Shown: positions 45,139 to 54,014 of the stretch, in pieces
How the letters are laid out: every line of letters starts with the position of its first letter
Numbering within the stretch: the stretch's first letter is position 1
The notes under the pieces: model-generated
Seen by the model: the letters and a program-made list of their open reading frames with translations, nothing else
Database searches by the model: none
What the model was told of the DNA's origin: nothing
Origin: a virus
Lineage: Duplodnaviria; Caudoviricetes
Length of the DNA stretch: 64,000 nucleotides
IMG/VR virus record: IMGVR_UViG_3300033121_001033
Span: 1-64,000 of that record
Direction: 5' to 3' (one strand)
Translations under genes and position numbers: made by a program

Positions 45139-45376
45139 TTAAACACTTTTTAATATGATTTTCCATTATTTCAAAAAAATTAGGATCTGATAAACAAACT
45201 TTTACAAGACATCTATGATTATCATATAATATAACTAAATCCTTTTCGGTATTAAAATCCATTTCTAACAGAGAATTATATTCGTATATAAATTCTCCAT
45301 GCTCATAGAACCTGATATTTTGTTTATATTTACTAACAATAAATTTAAACTTATCAAAAACCAAACGTCGGATCAT
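45131..45376 (-). CDS. DP-motif small paralog family member
   Basis: C-terminal VCLSDPNFFEIMENHI. Confidence 0.6.
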   Translation of the reverse strand: MIRRLVFDKFKFIVSKYKQNIRFYEHGEFIYEYNSLLEMDFNTEKDLVILYDNHRCLVKVCLSDPNFFEIMENHIKKCLNA

Positions 45377-46671
45377 TCAAAATCCTTTAAATCATAAACA
45401 TTGCATTCCGTTGGAATACAACTTCTATAAGATGTTGATAAAAACCAATGCCATCTTTCTGGATATTGAGGTTTAACATAATCACCATAACCATCGGTTA
45501 TTAAATAACAACATTCTGGATATGGTATATCTTGTTTTTTGATTTCATCTTGAATATATCTTTCAATACAACTAAAAGATGTTCCCCCACCATAATATAC
45601 GTTATTCTCTTTAAATGTTGTTGGTATAACACGAGTATCAAAATAAAATAGCTTAATATCAAATCTTCTAGGATCCAATGTTCTGGATGCTTTAAAGAAT
45701 CTTTGTGCTAAGTGAGCACATGAGCCAGAACAATCTTGAAAGAACCAAACAGTAATTCTATTTTTTTCTACATGATCTGATTCTTCTTCGGAAGGAAGCA
45801 ATAGATTGCTCGAGAGCATTGTGTAACGTCGATTCTTTTTAACCCATTGGTCTACCAATACATCATCTGATAAATATTTTTTACTCCATTTTTTTATAAC
45901 TGTTTCCCATTTCTTTTTATACTTAACCTTGACTTTCATTTGGACCCAACTACCAAAACTTCCAGTTCCGGGCTTTAAATCATGTGTTGTTTTATTTAAA
46001 AAATCTTGTTTATCTTCATTTGTTAAAAAGTCATTTAAATCTTGTAAGGGCTTATCAAAATCTTTTGGATCCCCGAGCTTATCATTTTTATCAGAACTAT
46101 TTTCACCAGAGCTATCATCCTCACCAGAACTTCCTTTAGAAATCGAATCTATTTTTTCTGACTCTATTCCTATTCCAGAATGCGAATCCAACGGCTCTTG
46201 TATTTTTTGCGGGGGATTATTATTTAATAGGTTGTAATAATATTCAAATGATTCATTGTCGGGAACGTTTCTATTTGGAAAAATAGTATCAACCCAGCAA
46301 ATTTTGTCATTATCTTTTAGTGCTTGCCTGTTAAATCCAAACCCATTGACCAGTAGGTGATTAACACATATATCCATAGCGATGTTTGCTAATTGTTGAT
46401 TCTCACAATTAATACCTCGCTGTCCGTGTCTTAGGACAATATGTAGACATTCGTGCGAGATTACAAATAATCGTTCGTAATGAGATAATGAATCCCAAAA
46501 CTTCGGATTAAATTTAAATTCTAAATATTCGCCTTCTTTATTGAAGTAAACAGCTGCTGTAGGAATAGATTCTGTGAATACTGGTTTTCCCATTCCCCAT
46601 AGTTTATAAAATATAACATGATACTGTTCTAGATCATATGATATTTTAAGCCAGTCATCATTTTCAATCAT
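45373..46671 (-). CDS. Metallopeptidase-like + VWA domain protein (DUF2201 type)
   Basis: SHECLH...NIAMDICVN; FFQDCSGS MIDAS; GGGTSF; TDGYG. Confidence 0.85.
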   Translation of the reverse strand: MIENDDWLKISYDLEQYHVIFYKLWGMGKPVFTESIPTAAVYFNKEGEYLEFKFNPKFWDSLSHYERLFVISHECLHIVLRHGQRGINCENQQLANIAMDICVNHLLVNGFGFNRQALKDNDKICWVDTIFPNRNVPDNESFEYYYNLLNNNPPQKIQEPLDSHSGIGIESEKIDSISKGSSGEDDSSGENSSDKNDKLGDPKDFDKPLQDLNDFLTNEDKQDFLNKTTHDLKPGTGSFGSWVQMKVKVKYKKKWETVIKKWSKKYLSDDVLVDQWVKKNRRYTMLSSNLLLPSEEESDHVEKNRITVWFFQDCSGSCAHLAQRFFKASRTLDPRRFDIKLFYFDTRVIPTTFKENNVYYGGGTSFSCIERYIQDEIKKQDIPYPECCYLITDGYGDYVKPQYPERWHWFLSTSYRSCIPTECNVYDLKDFE

Positions 46672-48089
46672 GTTGTTATCTTTGGATATACTGGTTGTTG
46701 ATCTAATGCAGACATTATCGAATTAAATCCGAGACCAGGAGCGGGGTTTGATACTAGTGCTTTATCCCATAATTTAACTAAGTCAATGAAGCCATATGAT
46801 TGTAAACATTGTTTTGTCTCAACATATGGATTAATAATGGCGCACACTTTTTTAAGATTTTCTATAACTAATCTAGCATGATATACTGAAAGTGTTCTCT
46901 TGCCAGCACATGCATTATTTATTGCGTGTAAATAATTATGAGCCATAGAAATATCTATTTCTTTCATTGGTATCTCTAGTATTTCTGAGAACGCCTGGTT
47001 TTTCTCGTTCGCTGATTTGAGGTATGATCCTTTAATTCTTAATACTGCTGTTTGCCAATCAGTTGGAGATGAAACCTTTGGTTTCTTTTTATTTAAAACT
47101 GTATGAATCTTCTTACAAAGTCCTCTATTAGCATTAGTCTTTAACACACTATTAATAGTATTTGAGAACTTTGGTTCGATACTCATATCATCTGTAATTA
47201 CATCTAGAACACGATTATCATCTAATAGTGTTGTAAGCTTTTCATTAGTTAATAATGGTAAAAAGAATCTTAAACGATTTTTATCGTCTAAAATATATTT
47301 CATGGCATAATTATAATCATTTTCATTAATTAATAATTTATAGGCCGCTTCTTTATCACGCCGATTAAAAATATCTTCAACTTGTTTATCATAAGGACCA
47401 ACCTTAATTAGAGCAATTAAAGCTGAAACATTGGCTGAACTCGGGATAACGTCACGAACATCACCACCTTTAGTAAGAATATCCAAAGCGTATTCTGCTC
47501 TGCGGGGAGAAACTTTAAGTTTTTCAGCTTGAGGTAAAGCTTTCCACCATTCTGCCAAACCAGCAACAAGTTGTTTGTCATATTTGGATTTGAAATACGA
47601 TACATCTAATACGTAAGGGAAATCTACATGCACTTGAAATCTATCTCGACTAGCCTCATCGAGAGCCTCAACATTATAATCGTGTTCTTTGCTATCAGAG
47701 GGATTAATAGCGGCCCAGATCATTCTGAGATTATTGAACTTTCTCCCGTTAATTGTTTTGAATTGAATTAATTCCATTAGAGCATTAAGTGTCTTTGGTT
47801 TTGCTCTATTCAATTCGTCAATAAAGATAGCTTCGATCTTATCTTCAGCTAAATCTCGTGGCATGATAAAATCAAGATAAGTTTTACCTTCTGCATCAGT
47901 TTTAGCAGTTGGAACACCAACTAAATCAGTAAATGGGTCCAATGTTGGTGCGCTAAAATACTTATAATTTATATTATTACGTTTAAATGTTTCTAAAACT
48001 GTAGCCGTTTTACCACAACCAGCTAATCCAGTAAATAGTACATTATAATTATGTTTAACCCAGAAATCTAATTTCTCTTGTTTTATCAT
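46668..48089 (-). CDS. MoxR-like AAA+ ATPase
   Basis: GLAGCGKT, DLVGVP, FIDELNRA, AAINP, DEASRDRF. Confidence 0.85.
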   Translation of the reverse strand: MIKQEKLDFWVKHNYNVLFTGLAGCGKTATVLETFKRNNINYKYFSAPTLDPFTDLVGVPTAKTDAEGKTYLDFIMPRDLAEDKIEAIFIDELNRAKPKTLNALMELIQFKTINGRKFNNLRMIWAAINPSDSKEHDYNVEALDEASRDRFQVHVDFPYVLDVSYFKSKYDKQLVAGLAEWWKALPQAEKLKVSPRRAEYALDILTKGGDVRDVIPSSANVSALIALIKVGPYDKQVEDIFNRRDKEAAYKLLINENDYNYAMKYILDDKNRLRFFLPLLTNEKLTTLLDDNRVLDVITDDMSIEPKFSNTINSVLKTNANRGLCKKIHTVLNKKKPKVSSPTDWQTAVLRIKGSYLKSANEKNQAFSEILEIPMKEIDISMAHNYLHAINNACAGKRTLSVYHARLVIENLKKVCAIINPYVETKQCLQSYGFIDLVKLWDKALVSNPAPGLGFNSIMSALDQQPVYPKITT

Positions 48090-48880
48090 GCATTCCTTTC
48101 AATTCGTGATTTTAAATTTGAATATAGTGTGTTTGGATCGTTTCTAGATAGTCCGGATTGTTGTCCATCATTTAACTCTATAACAATCCATTCTCCATCT
48201 TTTGTCTCTGCGATGTCAATTACATAAAAATTAACATAGTGTTGGACAATATCTGCGACTTTTTGGGCAAGTTGTAATCCCTTAGCATCAAGAGGAGGAT
48301 CGAACTCAGAATTATCCCAATAATACCCATGCGATAAAAGTGTATTCTTATAGAAAAATAAACGGTGCTCATTTGCAATAGGCATTCTATTAATTGGATC
48401 TTCGGCAAATGTTCTCAATTCTATAAATTCTCTATAAATAATACTCTGTTGCCCCACATAACAATCTTTCGCAATATTAGAAGCAACTCTTGATGCCTCT
48501 ATTCGATTTGCAGCATACATATTTTTATAAAAGCTATTTTTAAGTGAGTTTGTTGCACCTTTAACTACAAAAGGTCCTTTATGATTACAACTTGGGAATT
48601 CGTATTCACGCCAAGATCTGGGAGTAAATTGTTTGATTTCATCGTAGTAATCAAAATTAGCTATCCAATTATGTTGTGTGTTAGAATTTATTAGTTTTGA
48701 TCCTAAGTTTAATAAATCTAATTCTAATTCTCTATTATCCGGCAATGCTGCGTATCTACATATAACAGTTGAACCTTCTGGAATTTCAGTCCGTAATTTA
48801 TAGGTATTAAAATATTTACTCGCTACCTCAATCTCTTCTTTATTAAAACTATTTCTTTTATATAGAATATTATATGTCAT
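48086..48880 (-). CDS. ATP-grasp protein (R2K-clade-like)
   Basis: FVVKG...SLK, EHRLFFY, FYVIDIAETKDGEWIVIELNDGQQSG. Confidence 0.8.
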   Translation of the reverse strand: MTYNILYKRNSFNKEEIEVASKYFNTYKLRTEIPEGSTVICRYAALPDNRELELDLLNLGSKLINSNTQHNWIANFDYYDEIKQFTPRSWREYEFPSCNHKGPFVVKGATNSLKNSFYKNMYAANRIEASRVASNIAKDCYVGQQSIIYREFIELRTFAEDPINRMPIANEHRLFFYKNTLLSHGYYWDNSEFDPPLDAKGLQLAQKVADIVQHYVNFYVIDIAETKDGEWIVIELNDGQQSGLSRNDPNTLYSNLKSRIERNA

Positions 48881-49017
48881 TTTTGCCTCTTAAACTCTGG
48901 TTGTTTTGCATGATAAAAATTATACGGAACAGTATCACCGGATGGAATTTGTATTAGTGGTTTTCTATTAAACACAGAAATCGGAGTATTATTTTTAACT
49001 TTTGTTTGTTTTGGCAT
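48877..49017 (-). CDS. Small unlisted ORF (46 aa)
   Basis: Hand translation MPKQTKVKNNTPISVFNRKPLIQIPSGDTVPYNFYHAKQPEFKRQK; GGAG RBS; ATGA overlap. Confidence 0.45.
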   Translation of the reverse strand: MPKQTKVKNNTPISVFNRKPLIQIPSGDTVPYNFYHAKQPEFKRQK

Positions 49018-49158
49018 AATTATCTCCTACTTAGAGTTTAACCTGGCAGGAAACAATATCAAGTCATGACAAACTGACATACTTAGCATCAAACGGCTTT
49101 ATAGATGTAACACTTTAAACACTAAGGGGTTACAAACAATTTTAGAAAATATTTTCAA

Positions 49159-49175
49159 TTGGCATACTTTTTGCT
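49159..49175 (+). promoter_or_regulatory. Sigma-54 (-24/-12) promoter upstream of hsp20
   Basis: TTGGCATACTTTTTGCT: GG (49161-2) N10 GC (49173-4), matching TGGCAC-N5-TTGCW. Confidence 0.7.
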
Positions 49176-49187
49176 ATATAGGGGGTA

Positions 49188-49207
49188 TCAAGACAATGAT
49201 GTCTTGA
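49188..49207 (+). repeat. Perfect 8-bp inverted repeat in the hsp20 leader
   Basis: TCAAGACA-ATGA-TGTCTTGA directly before the AAGGAG RBS. Confidence 0.7.
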
Positions 49208-49220
49208 AAAGGAGATTAAA

Positions 49221-49568
49221 ATGTTTGCTATAAATAGAATACACGACAATTTTTTTAATGATGTTTTCGATGTCAGTCCTAAAGTAAAAAATAACTATTG
49301 GTTTGATGAAACAAAAGATTCTTACGTATTAACAGTAGAACTACCAGGTTATAAAAAAGAGAATCTTGATGTAACGGTTGATAATGGAAAATTAACAATT
49401 TGTGCTAAACGGGAGTCAACAAAAGTAAAAGCTAGTTACAAACAATGTTATAGTTTACCAAAAGATGCGGATCTATTGAAAGTAACAGCTGATTTAAAAG
49501 ATGGATTATTAACTGTAACAATAGATAAAAATGAGGAGCAAAAGCCAAGACAAATAGAAGTAAAATAA
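49221..49568 (+). CDS. Small heat-shock protein (Hsp20/alpha-crystallin)
   Basis: ETKDSYVLTVELPGYKKENLDVTVDNGKLTI...SLP...A.LKDGLLTVTI.K....PRQIEVK. Confidence 0.92.
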   Translation: MFAINRIHDNFFNDVFDVSPKVKNNYWFDETKDSYVLTVELPGYKKENLDVTVDNGKLTICAKRESTKVKASYKQCYSLPKDADLLKVTADLKDGLLTVTIDKNEEQKPRQIEVK

Positions 49569-49573
49569 TGAAG

Positions 49574-49602
49574 AAGGCCAGTGTGATAACTGGCCTTTTT
49601 TT
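49574..49602 (+). terminator. Rho-independent terminator after hsp20, between convergent genes
   Basis: AAGGCCAGT-GTGATA-ACTGGCCTT-TTTTT. Confidence 0.85.
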
Positions 49603-49604
49603 GT

Positions 49605-49922
49605 TTATCTATATTTTTTGTTATAGTTTTGTTCTCTATTTTTAATCCTTTCAAGTTCTTTCTCACCTTCAATTTTATTTATTTTACCATATCGTCCTAA
49701 TGCTTTATTTTTCGCCATTCTCTTTGTTTCATAGAAATTTTCATCTTTATGTTGTTGACATAGATAACAATTCTTTTCAGAGCACCTTGCGAGATGATCG
49801 TTACCCACTTTAGCAACTAAATCTTCTAATTTATAGCCGAGTTCTTCGCCGTGGCATTCGAAGCAAAAAGAATGAACCTGCTTTGGATTAACACCACAGC
49901 AGGAACACATGTATTTATTCAT
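49605..49922 (-). CDS. Hypothetical Cys-rich protein
   Basis: CSCC..CFEC..C..CYLC. Confidence 0.5.
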   Translation of the reverse strand: MNKYMCSCCGVNPKQVHSFCFECHGEELGYKLEDLVAKVGNDHLARCSEKNCYLCQQHKDENFYETKRMAKNKALGRYGKINKIEGEKELERIKNREQNYNKKYR

Positions 49923-49965
49923 ATTTATTGTCCTTGTTTAGAGTGACAATCTTATTATATCTTAA

Positions 49966-50223
49966 TTAATTTAACTTTTCTTGTAAATAATTAACTGTTT
50001 CTTGGAGATCAATTAATTTTTTAAATAAAAATTCTTCTCTACATTTATCACAAACCATTAAAGGTATATGGTTGTATTTATTATATTCTATTACTATTGG
50101 TATTTTTCTATATTCTACTAAATCTAATTCACAGCTTTTAATACAGCGATCATTAGATTTTATATAATCAGTATCAGCGCATAATATTCTGTTTTCATTA
50201 CTATCTACATACATTGAATGCAT
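49966..50223 (-). CDS. Hypothetical zinc-finger-like protein
   Basis: CIKSC, CDKC. Confidence 0.45.
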   Translation of the reverse strand: MHSMYVDSNENRILCADTDYIKSNDRCIKSCELDLVEYRKIPIVIEYNKYNHIPLMVCDKCREEFLFKKLIDLQETVNYLQEKLN

Positions 50224-50224
50224 A

Positions 50225-50521
50225 TTAAAATGTTACTCCTAAAGTATTTTTTGCGTATGTGAATCCTTTATTCTTAAAAGTAAAAGTTAATTTTCTAATT
50301 CTTTTTGATGAGACTTTGATATTTTTAGTCTCACGCCAATTAGCTATCACCATTCTATAGCGCCTAACATTATTTCTTAAACGATCTCGTAATGCAATTA
50401 TATTAGGAACATCCGGAATGGTTATATTTTGTTGTATTGCTTTTGATAACAATTTACATGTTTTAACAGCATCACATTTTTTTAGATATGCCTCATGGAA
50501 TCTTTTATCGACTGAAAACAC
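50225..50521 (-). CDS. Hypothetical basic protein
   Basis: 98-aa Arg/Lys-rich ORF. Confidence 0.45.
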   Translation of the reverse strand: MFSVDKRFHEAYLKKCDAVKTCKLLSKAIQQNITIPDVPNIIALRDRLRNNVRRYRMVIANWRETKNIKVSSKRIRKLTFTFKNKGFTYAKNTLGVTF

Positions 50522-50819
50522 TATTTATAGTCTCTTTTAATTTTAATTCAGATGGAACACCAGAAAATTTGTGGAGTATCTTATTATCTCGCTGGAAAAC
50601 TAGAGTTGGTACTGATTCTATCTCATAGAGTTCGGCAATTTCCGGACTAGCATCTATGTCGATAGATAAGAATGTTTTACTCTCAGTAAAATTTGCTACT
50701 TTATCATATATTGGTGTTAGTTTGACACAAGGATTACACCAACTAGCCCCAAATTTTATTACTACATCTCCAACTAATTCTTGTTTGAGTTCTTTGACTG
50801 TTACTGGTTTTTTAATCAT
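50505..50819 (-). CDS. trxA: Thioredoxin
   Basis: FGASWCNPC, IESVPTL, FSG. Confidence 0.9.
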   Translation of the reverse strand: MIKKPVTVKELKQELVGDVVIKFGASWCNPCVKLTPIYDKVANFTESKTFLSIDIDASPEIAELYEIESVPTLVFQRDNKILHKFSGVPSELKLKETINSVFSR

Positions 50820-51193
50820 TATAATCCTTTCCCTAGTTTACAATCCTTACACTGAGTAGATCTTCCAGATTTTAAAGCATATCCTGGAATAACACTTTCA
50901 ACACCACACTTACATCTGCATAAATATGAACGTTTTTTAGCATCAACAAGTTCTTGTTCTCTTATAATCTCCCATCTACCAAATAATGTTCCTGGTTTGA
51001 ATAATTCGGCAGAAACTCCTAATCTAGAGGCACCTGCGCACGCGCGACACTGAGTTGATCTTCCATATCTAAGATTGTTTAATTCAACTTCAGATATTTT
51101 TCCGCATTCACATACTACATTATAATAGTGTTTATTTCCTTCTATTTTACCTTCTGATAAAACTTTCCATTTACCATATTTACTACCGATCAT
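50819..51193 (-). CDS. Tandem CxCG zinc modules of the kind found at the N-terminus of phage HNH endonucleases; no nuclease domain
   Basis: Two repeats G.KYGKW.V...CECG...L..GRSTQC..C and GTLFGRW.I...CKCG...L.SGRSTQC..C. Confidence 0.65.
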   Translation of the reverse strand: MIGSKYGKWKVLSEGKIEGNKHYYNVVCECGKISEVELNNLRYGRSTQCRACAGASRLGVSAELFKPGTLFGRWEIIREQELVDAKKRSYLCRCKCGVESVIPGYALKSGRSTQCKDCKLGKGL

Positions 51194-51252
51194 ATTTAAT
51201 TAACTCCTTGATGCTAGTATATACGCAGCATTGAGAATAGCTAGGAGAAAAT

Positions 51253-51573
51253 ATGCTTATACCACATGAATATTTACAAACTGTGTTTTTAAGGACGTTC
51301 AATAGATTAAATCTTAAATTTCCTGATCTTAAAATTAGATATGGAGAGACGCATAATTGCCCCTCTATAGATATTAGTTACAAGGAGTTATATATTAATA
51401 TCTATTTTAAACAGGATAAAAGCGAATTTTTAATTGATAGCACAATTTATAACGGTATAATAAGAACAATAAACCCCTTTAAATATGTTAAGTTATTATT
51501 AGCTGATCCAGAAGTCGACAAATCAATAGTTAAAGCGTGTGAAAGTATTATAAATGAATATAGCGGGAATTGA
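51253..51573 (+). CDS. DP-motif small paralog family member
   Basis: RLNLKFPDLKI ... LLADPEVDKSIVK. Confidence 0.6.
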   Translation: MLIPHEYLQTVFLRTFNRLNLKFPDLKIRYGETHNCPSIDISYKELYINIYFKQDKSEFLIDSTIYNGIIRTINPFKYVKLLLADPEVDKSIVKACESIINEYSGN

Positions 51574-52144
51574 TGAGGCTGGTCGTGGTTGTATTATCGG
51601 ACCAATGGTAATGTGTTGTGTTAATATAGATGAAAAAGAGCAAGATGCATGGAAATTACTTGGTATTAAAGATAGCAAACAACTTACAGTTCCAAAAAGA
51701 GAAAAACTTTATGAAAAACTTATAAATAATGTTAATTATGAATTACAAATATATACTGCTAACGAAGTAGATGAAGCAGTATTAAGTAGTACAACCAATT
51801 TAAATTGGCTGGAAGCAGATGGAACAATTAGATTACTTAAAGGTATAGATGCCAAATGTTATATTGATTGCCCCTCGACAAATACTAATAGCTATAAACA
51901 GTATCTTAAAAAAGAACTTACACAGGATTTAATTGTAGAACACAAAGCTGATGTTAATTATACTGTTGTTGGAATGGCAAGCGTTATTGCTAAAGTTACA
52001 AGAGACAATATTATTCACAAAATTAAAAAAGAAGTAGGATTCGATTTCGGATCTGGATATTTAAATGGAACGGCGATTTATGAATTTCTTAAAAATTATA
52101 AAAGCAAACATATTAGAAAAAGTTGGAATTATAAAATGAAATGA
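51554..52144 (+). CDS. rnhB: Ribonuclease HII, archaeal/eukaryotic-type motifs
   Basis: GIDEAGRG.IIGPMV, KDSKQL, IDCP, EHKAD, AKVTRD, DFGSGY, IRKSW. Confidence 0.92.
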   Translation: MNIAGIDEAGRGCIIGPMVMCCVNIDEKEQDAWKLLGIKDSKQLTVPKREKLYEKLINNVNYELQIYTANEVDEAVLSSTTNLNWLEADGTIRLLKGIDAKCYIDCPSTNTNSYKQYLKKELTQDLIVEHKADVNYTVVGMASVIAKVTRDNIIHKIKKEVGFDFGSGYLNGTAIYEFLKNYKSKHIRKSWNYKMK

Positions 52145-52392
52145 AAGCTCTAGTACTAGAAACAATTTTAGATCAATTAGATTTAGATAGAAACCGACTA
52201 TCAGTGATATTGACATATACTAACTCTGTCTATTACTATGGATATCTATTAATTACCTTATTACATGATTATATTTATATAGGCTTAGACTATAAAGGTT
52301 ACTGTTTATCGGATCCAAACTTAATTAAATTAATTATTCCTAAATTAAAAGCTTTACAACTTGATATTGAAAGAACTAAGCGATATAATTAG
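52141..52392 (+). CDS. DP-motif small paralog family member
   Basis: YCLSDPNLIKLII. Confidence 0.6.
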   Translation: MKALVLETILDQLDLDRNRLSVILTYTNSVYYYGYLLITLLHDYIYIGLDYKGYCLSDPNLIKLIIPKLKALQLDIERTKRYN

Positions 52393-52407
52393 AAAAAGGA
52401 GATTTTT

Positions 52408-53094
52408 ATGTCATATTTTAAAATATTAAAAGAGTCCTTATTGGCTAATAAAGATTTTAATTCGATTGTTGAAGATACAGGGACAAATAAATCTCCTTCT
52501 TCAAGAGATGTTGCTGATGAAATTCTAAAACGATTAGATTCTGCTGAAACAGAACATGATAGGATTCTAAAAAAAGCTGAAGTTCATAAAGTTCATAATA
52601 AAGAAATAGAACAATTAGAAAAAAATTTAAAACGAATTCGCGATATGAAAAATGAACTTAAATTAGCTGCTGTTCATGCAGGACAACAAGGAAAAGTTAA
52701 ATTTCCAGCTGTAAGACACGGTCTTTTTGATAAAGGCTTTAAATCAAAAGACAAACATGCTCAATTAAAAGCTGTCCGCGAAACAGGAAAAGGACTACCT
52801 GGTTATAAAGAAAATAAACGTAAAAAACTCGGTAATGTTGAAAAGAAAGTTGAAAAAGTTTTAGCGGAGCCAAAAGGTAAATTAATGGGCGGAAAGCCAG
52901 GTATTGATAAAGTTATTCCTGTTACCAGAGTAAAACTACACAATCTTAATGCTCTTGGTAAAACCGCAGATTCTCACATTAAAAAAGTCGCCAAAGAAAA
53001 TGCAAAAAATAAAGAATTGTTAGATCCTAAAGAACCCGATTTTCTCAAGAGTCTAGGCGCTGGTATTCATAGAATGGGCACAAGACCTGTTTGA
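52408..53094 (+). CDS. Lys-rich hypothetical protein, possibly an internal head protein
   Basis: Strong GGAG RBS; N-terminal LKESLL...IVED; highly basic. Confidence 0.45.
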   Translation: MSYFKILKESLLANKDFNSIVEDTGTNKSPSSRDVADEILKRLDSAETEHDRILKKAEVHKVHNKEIEQLEKNLKRIRDMKNELKLAAVHAGQQGKVKFPAVRHGLFDKGFKSKDKHAQLKAVRETGKGLPGYKENKRKKLGNVEKKVEKVLAEPKGKLMGGKPGIDKVIPVTRVKLHNLNALGKTADSHIKKVAKENAKNKELLDPKEPDFLKSLGAGIHRMGTRPV

Positions 53095-53396
53095 TTTACG
53101 AAACAATAGCTAAATATCTTTCAGAACAAATTGGAAGAGAAATAATATTTCATTCAAGATTTCATCCAGATTTTGTCGAGTTCTGTGTTGTAAGTAATAC
53201 ACTTAAACAAAAGAATGAAATATTATTATTTAGTGTTCTTGTAAACGAACGTAGTCAGTTATCTTCATTCCATGATGAAAATTTTAGAATATCCAATCCA
53301 AATTTTTTGAAAGTTGCATTAGAACGAACAAAATTAAGAATAGCAGAGATTATAAAAAGACAAGATTTTTACGGTGCGTATTACAAACAACTTTGA
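53091..53396 (+). CDS. DP-motif small paralog family member
   Basis: MIYETIAKYLSEQI ... RISNPNFLKVAL. Confidence 0.6.
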   Translation: MIYETIAKYLSEQIGREIIFHSRFHPDFVEFCVVSNTLKQKNEILLFSVLVNERSQLSSFHDENFRISNPNFLKVALERTKLRIAEIIKRQDFYGAYYKQL

Positions 53397-53409
53397 TGAT
53401 AACTAGAAA

Positions 53410-53448
53410 TACACCTACTTAATTAAGACTGGTAGGTGTACTTTGTTT
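53410..53448 (+). terminator. Terminator-like hairpin overlapping the RBS of 53447..53701
   Basis: TACACCTAC-N13-GTAGGTGTA followed by CTTTGTTT. Confidence 0.55.
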
Positions 53449-53701
53449 GATAGAAAGTGTAATTCTTGATTTTTTTAGAAAACTAAAATGTACTGTTAGA
53501 CGTACTACATTATCGAAACATTATTATCTCGCTTGTAATTCTGTCTATATAATTCATTTAAGTGGACAACACAGTTGGTTTGTTCTGTTTTATAGCACGT
53601 ATTTTACCGTGTATACTTATACATTTGAGTATAATGATCCAGAATTTTTAACTAAACTAGAACAAGCTATTATTAATTATAGGTTAGTAAATGAAATATA
53701 G
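53447..53701 (+). CDS. DP-motif small paralog family member
   Basis: FEYNDPEFLTKLEQAI. Confidence 0.6.
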   Translation: MIESVILDFFRKLKCTVRRTTLSKHYYLACNSVYIIHLSGQHSWFVLFYSTYFTVYTYTFEYNDPEFLTKLEQAIINYRLVNEI

Positions 53702-54014
53702 TGAAATAATTGTCAATGACATAATCAACAATACAATACCTGATGCTATGGTTGGCTATCACTATAAGGTTGATAGCTCCTATTATAAAGTAGATGAATT
53801 TATAGAAATAAAAATTATCTATGGAGAATCACCAGAAGATCTAAAATTTAATTATTGTATGTTTATACCAAATACTAGTCCATTCGATTTTTATACGGCA
53901 TATAATAATGTTACAGTTATTGATTATAATGATCCGGCATCAATACCTAAACTCAGATGTTTGATTTTAGAATCCATTAAACAATATCTTAAAGAAAAGA
54001 AAAGGAAAGTCTAA
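53691..54014 (+). CDS. DP-motif small paralog family member
   Basis: IINNTIPD ... IDYNDPASIPKLR. Confidence 0.6.
   Translation: MKYSEIIVNDIINNTIPDAMVGYHYKVDSSYYKVDEFIEIKIIYGESPEDLKFNYCMFIPNTSPFDFYTAYNNVTVIDYNDPASIPKLRCLILESIKQYLKEKKRKV

Noticed and set aside
49040-49220. CIRCE/HrcA or sigma-32 control of hsp20
   Set aside because: No TTAGCACTC-N9-GAGTGCTAA or clear sigma-32 boxes; a -24/-12 motif fits better.
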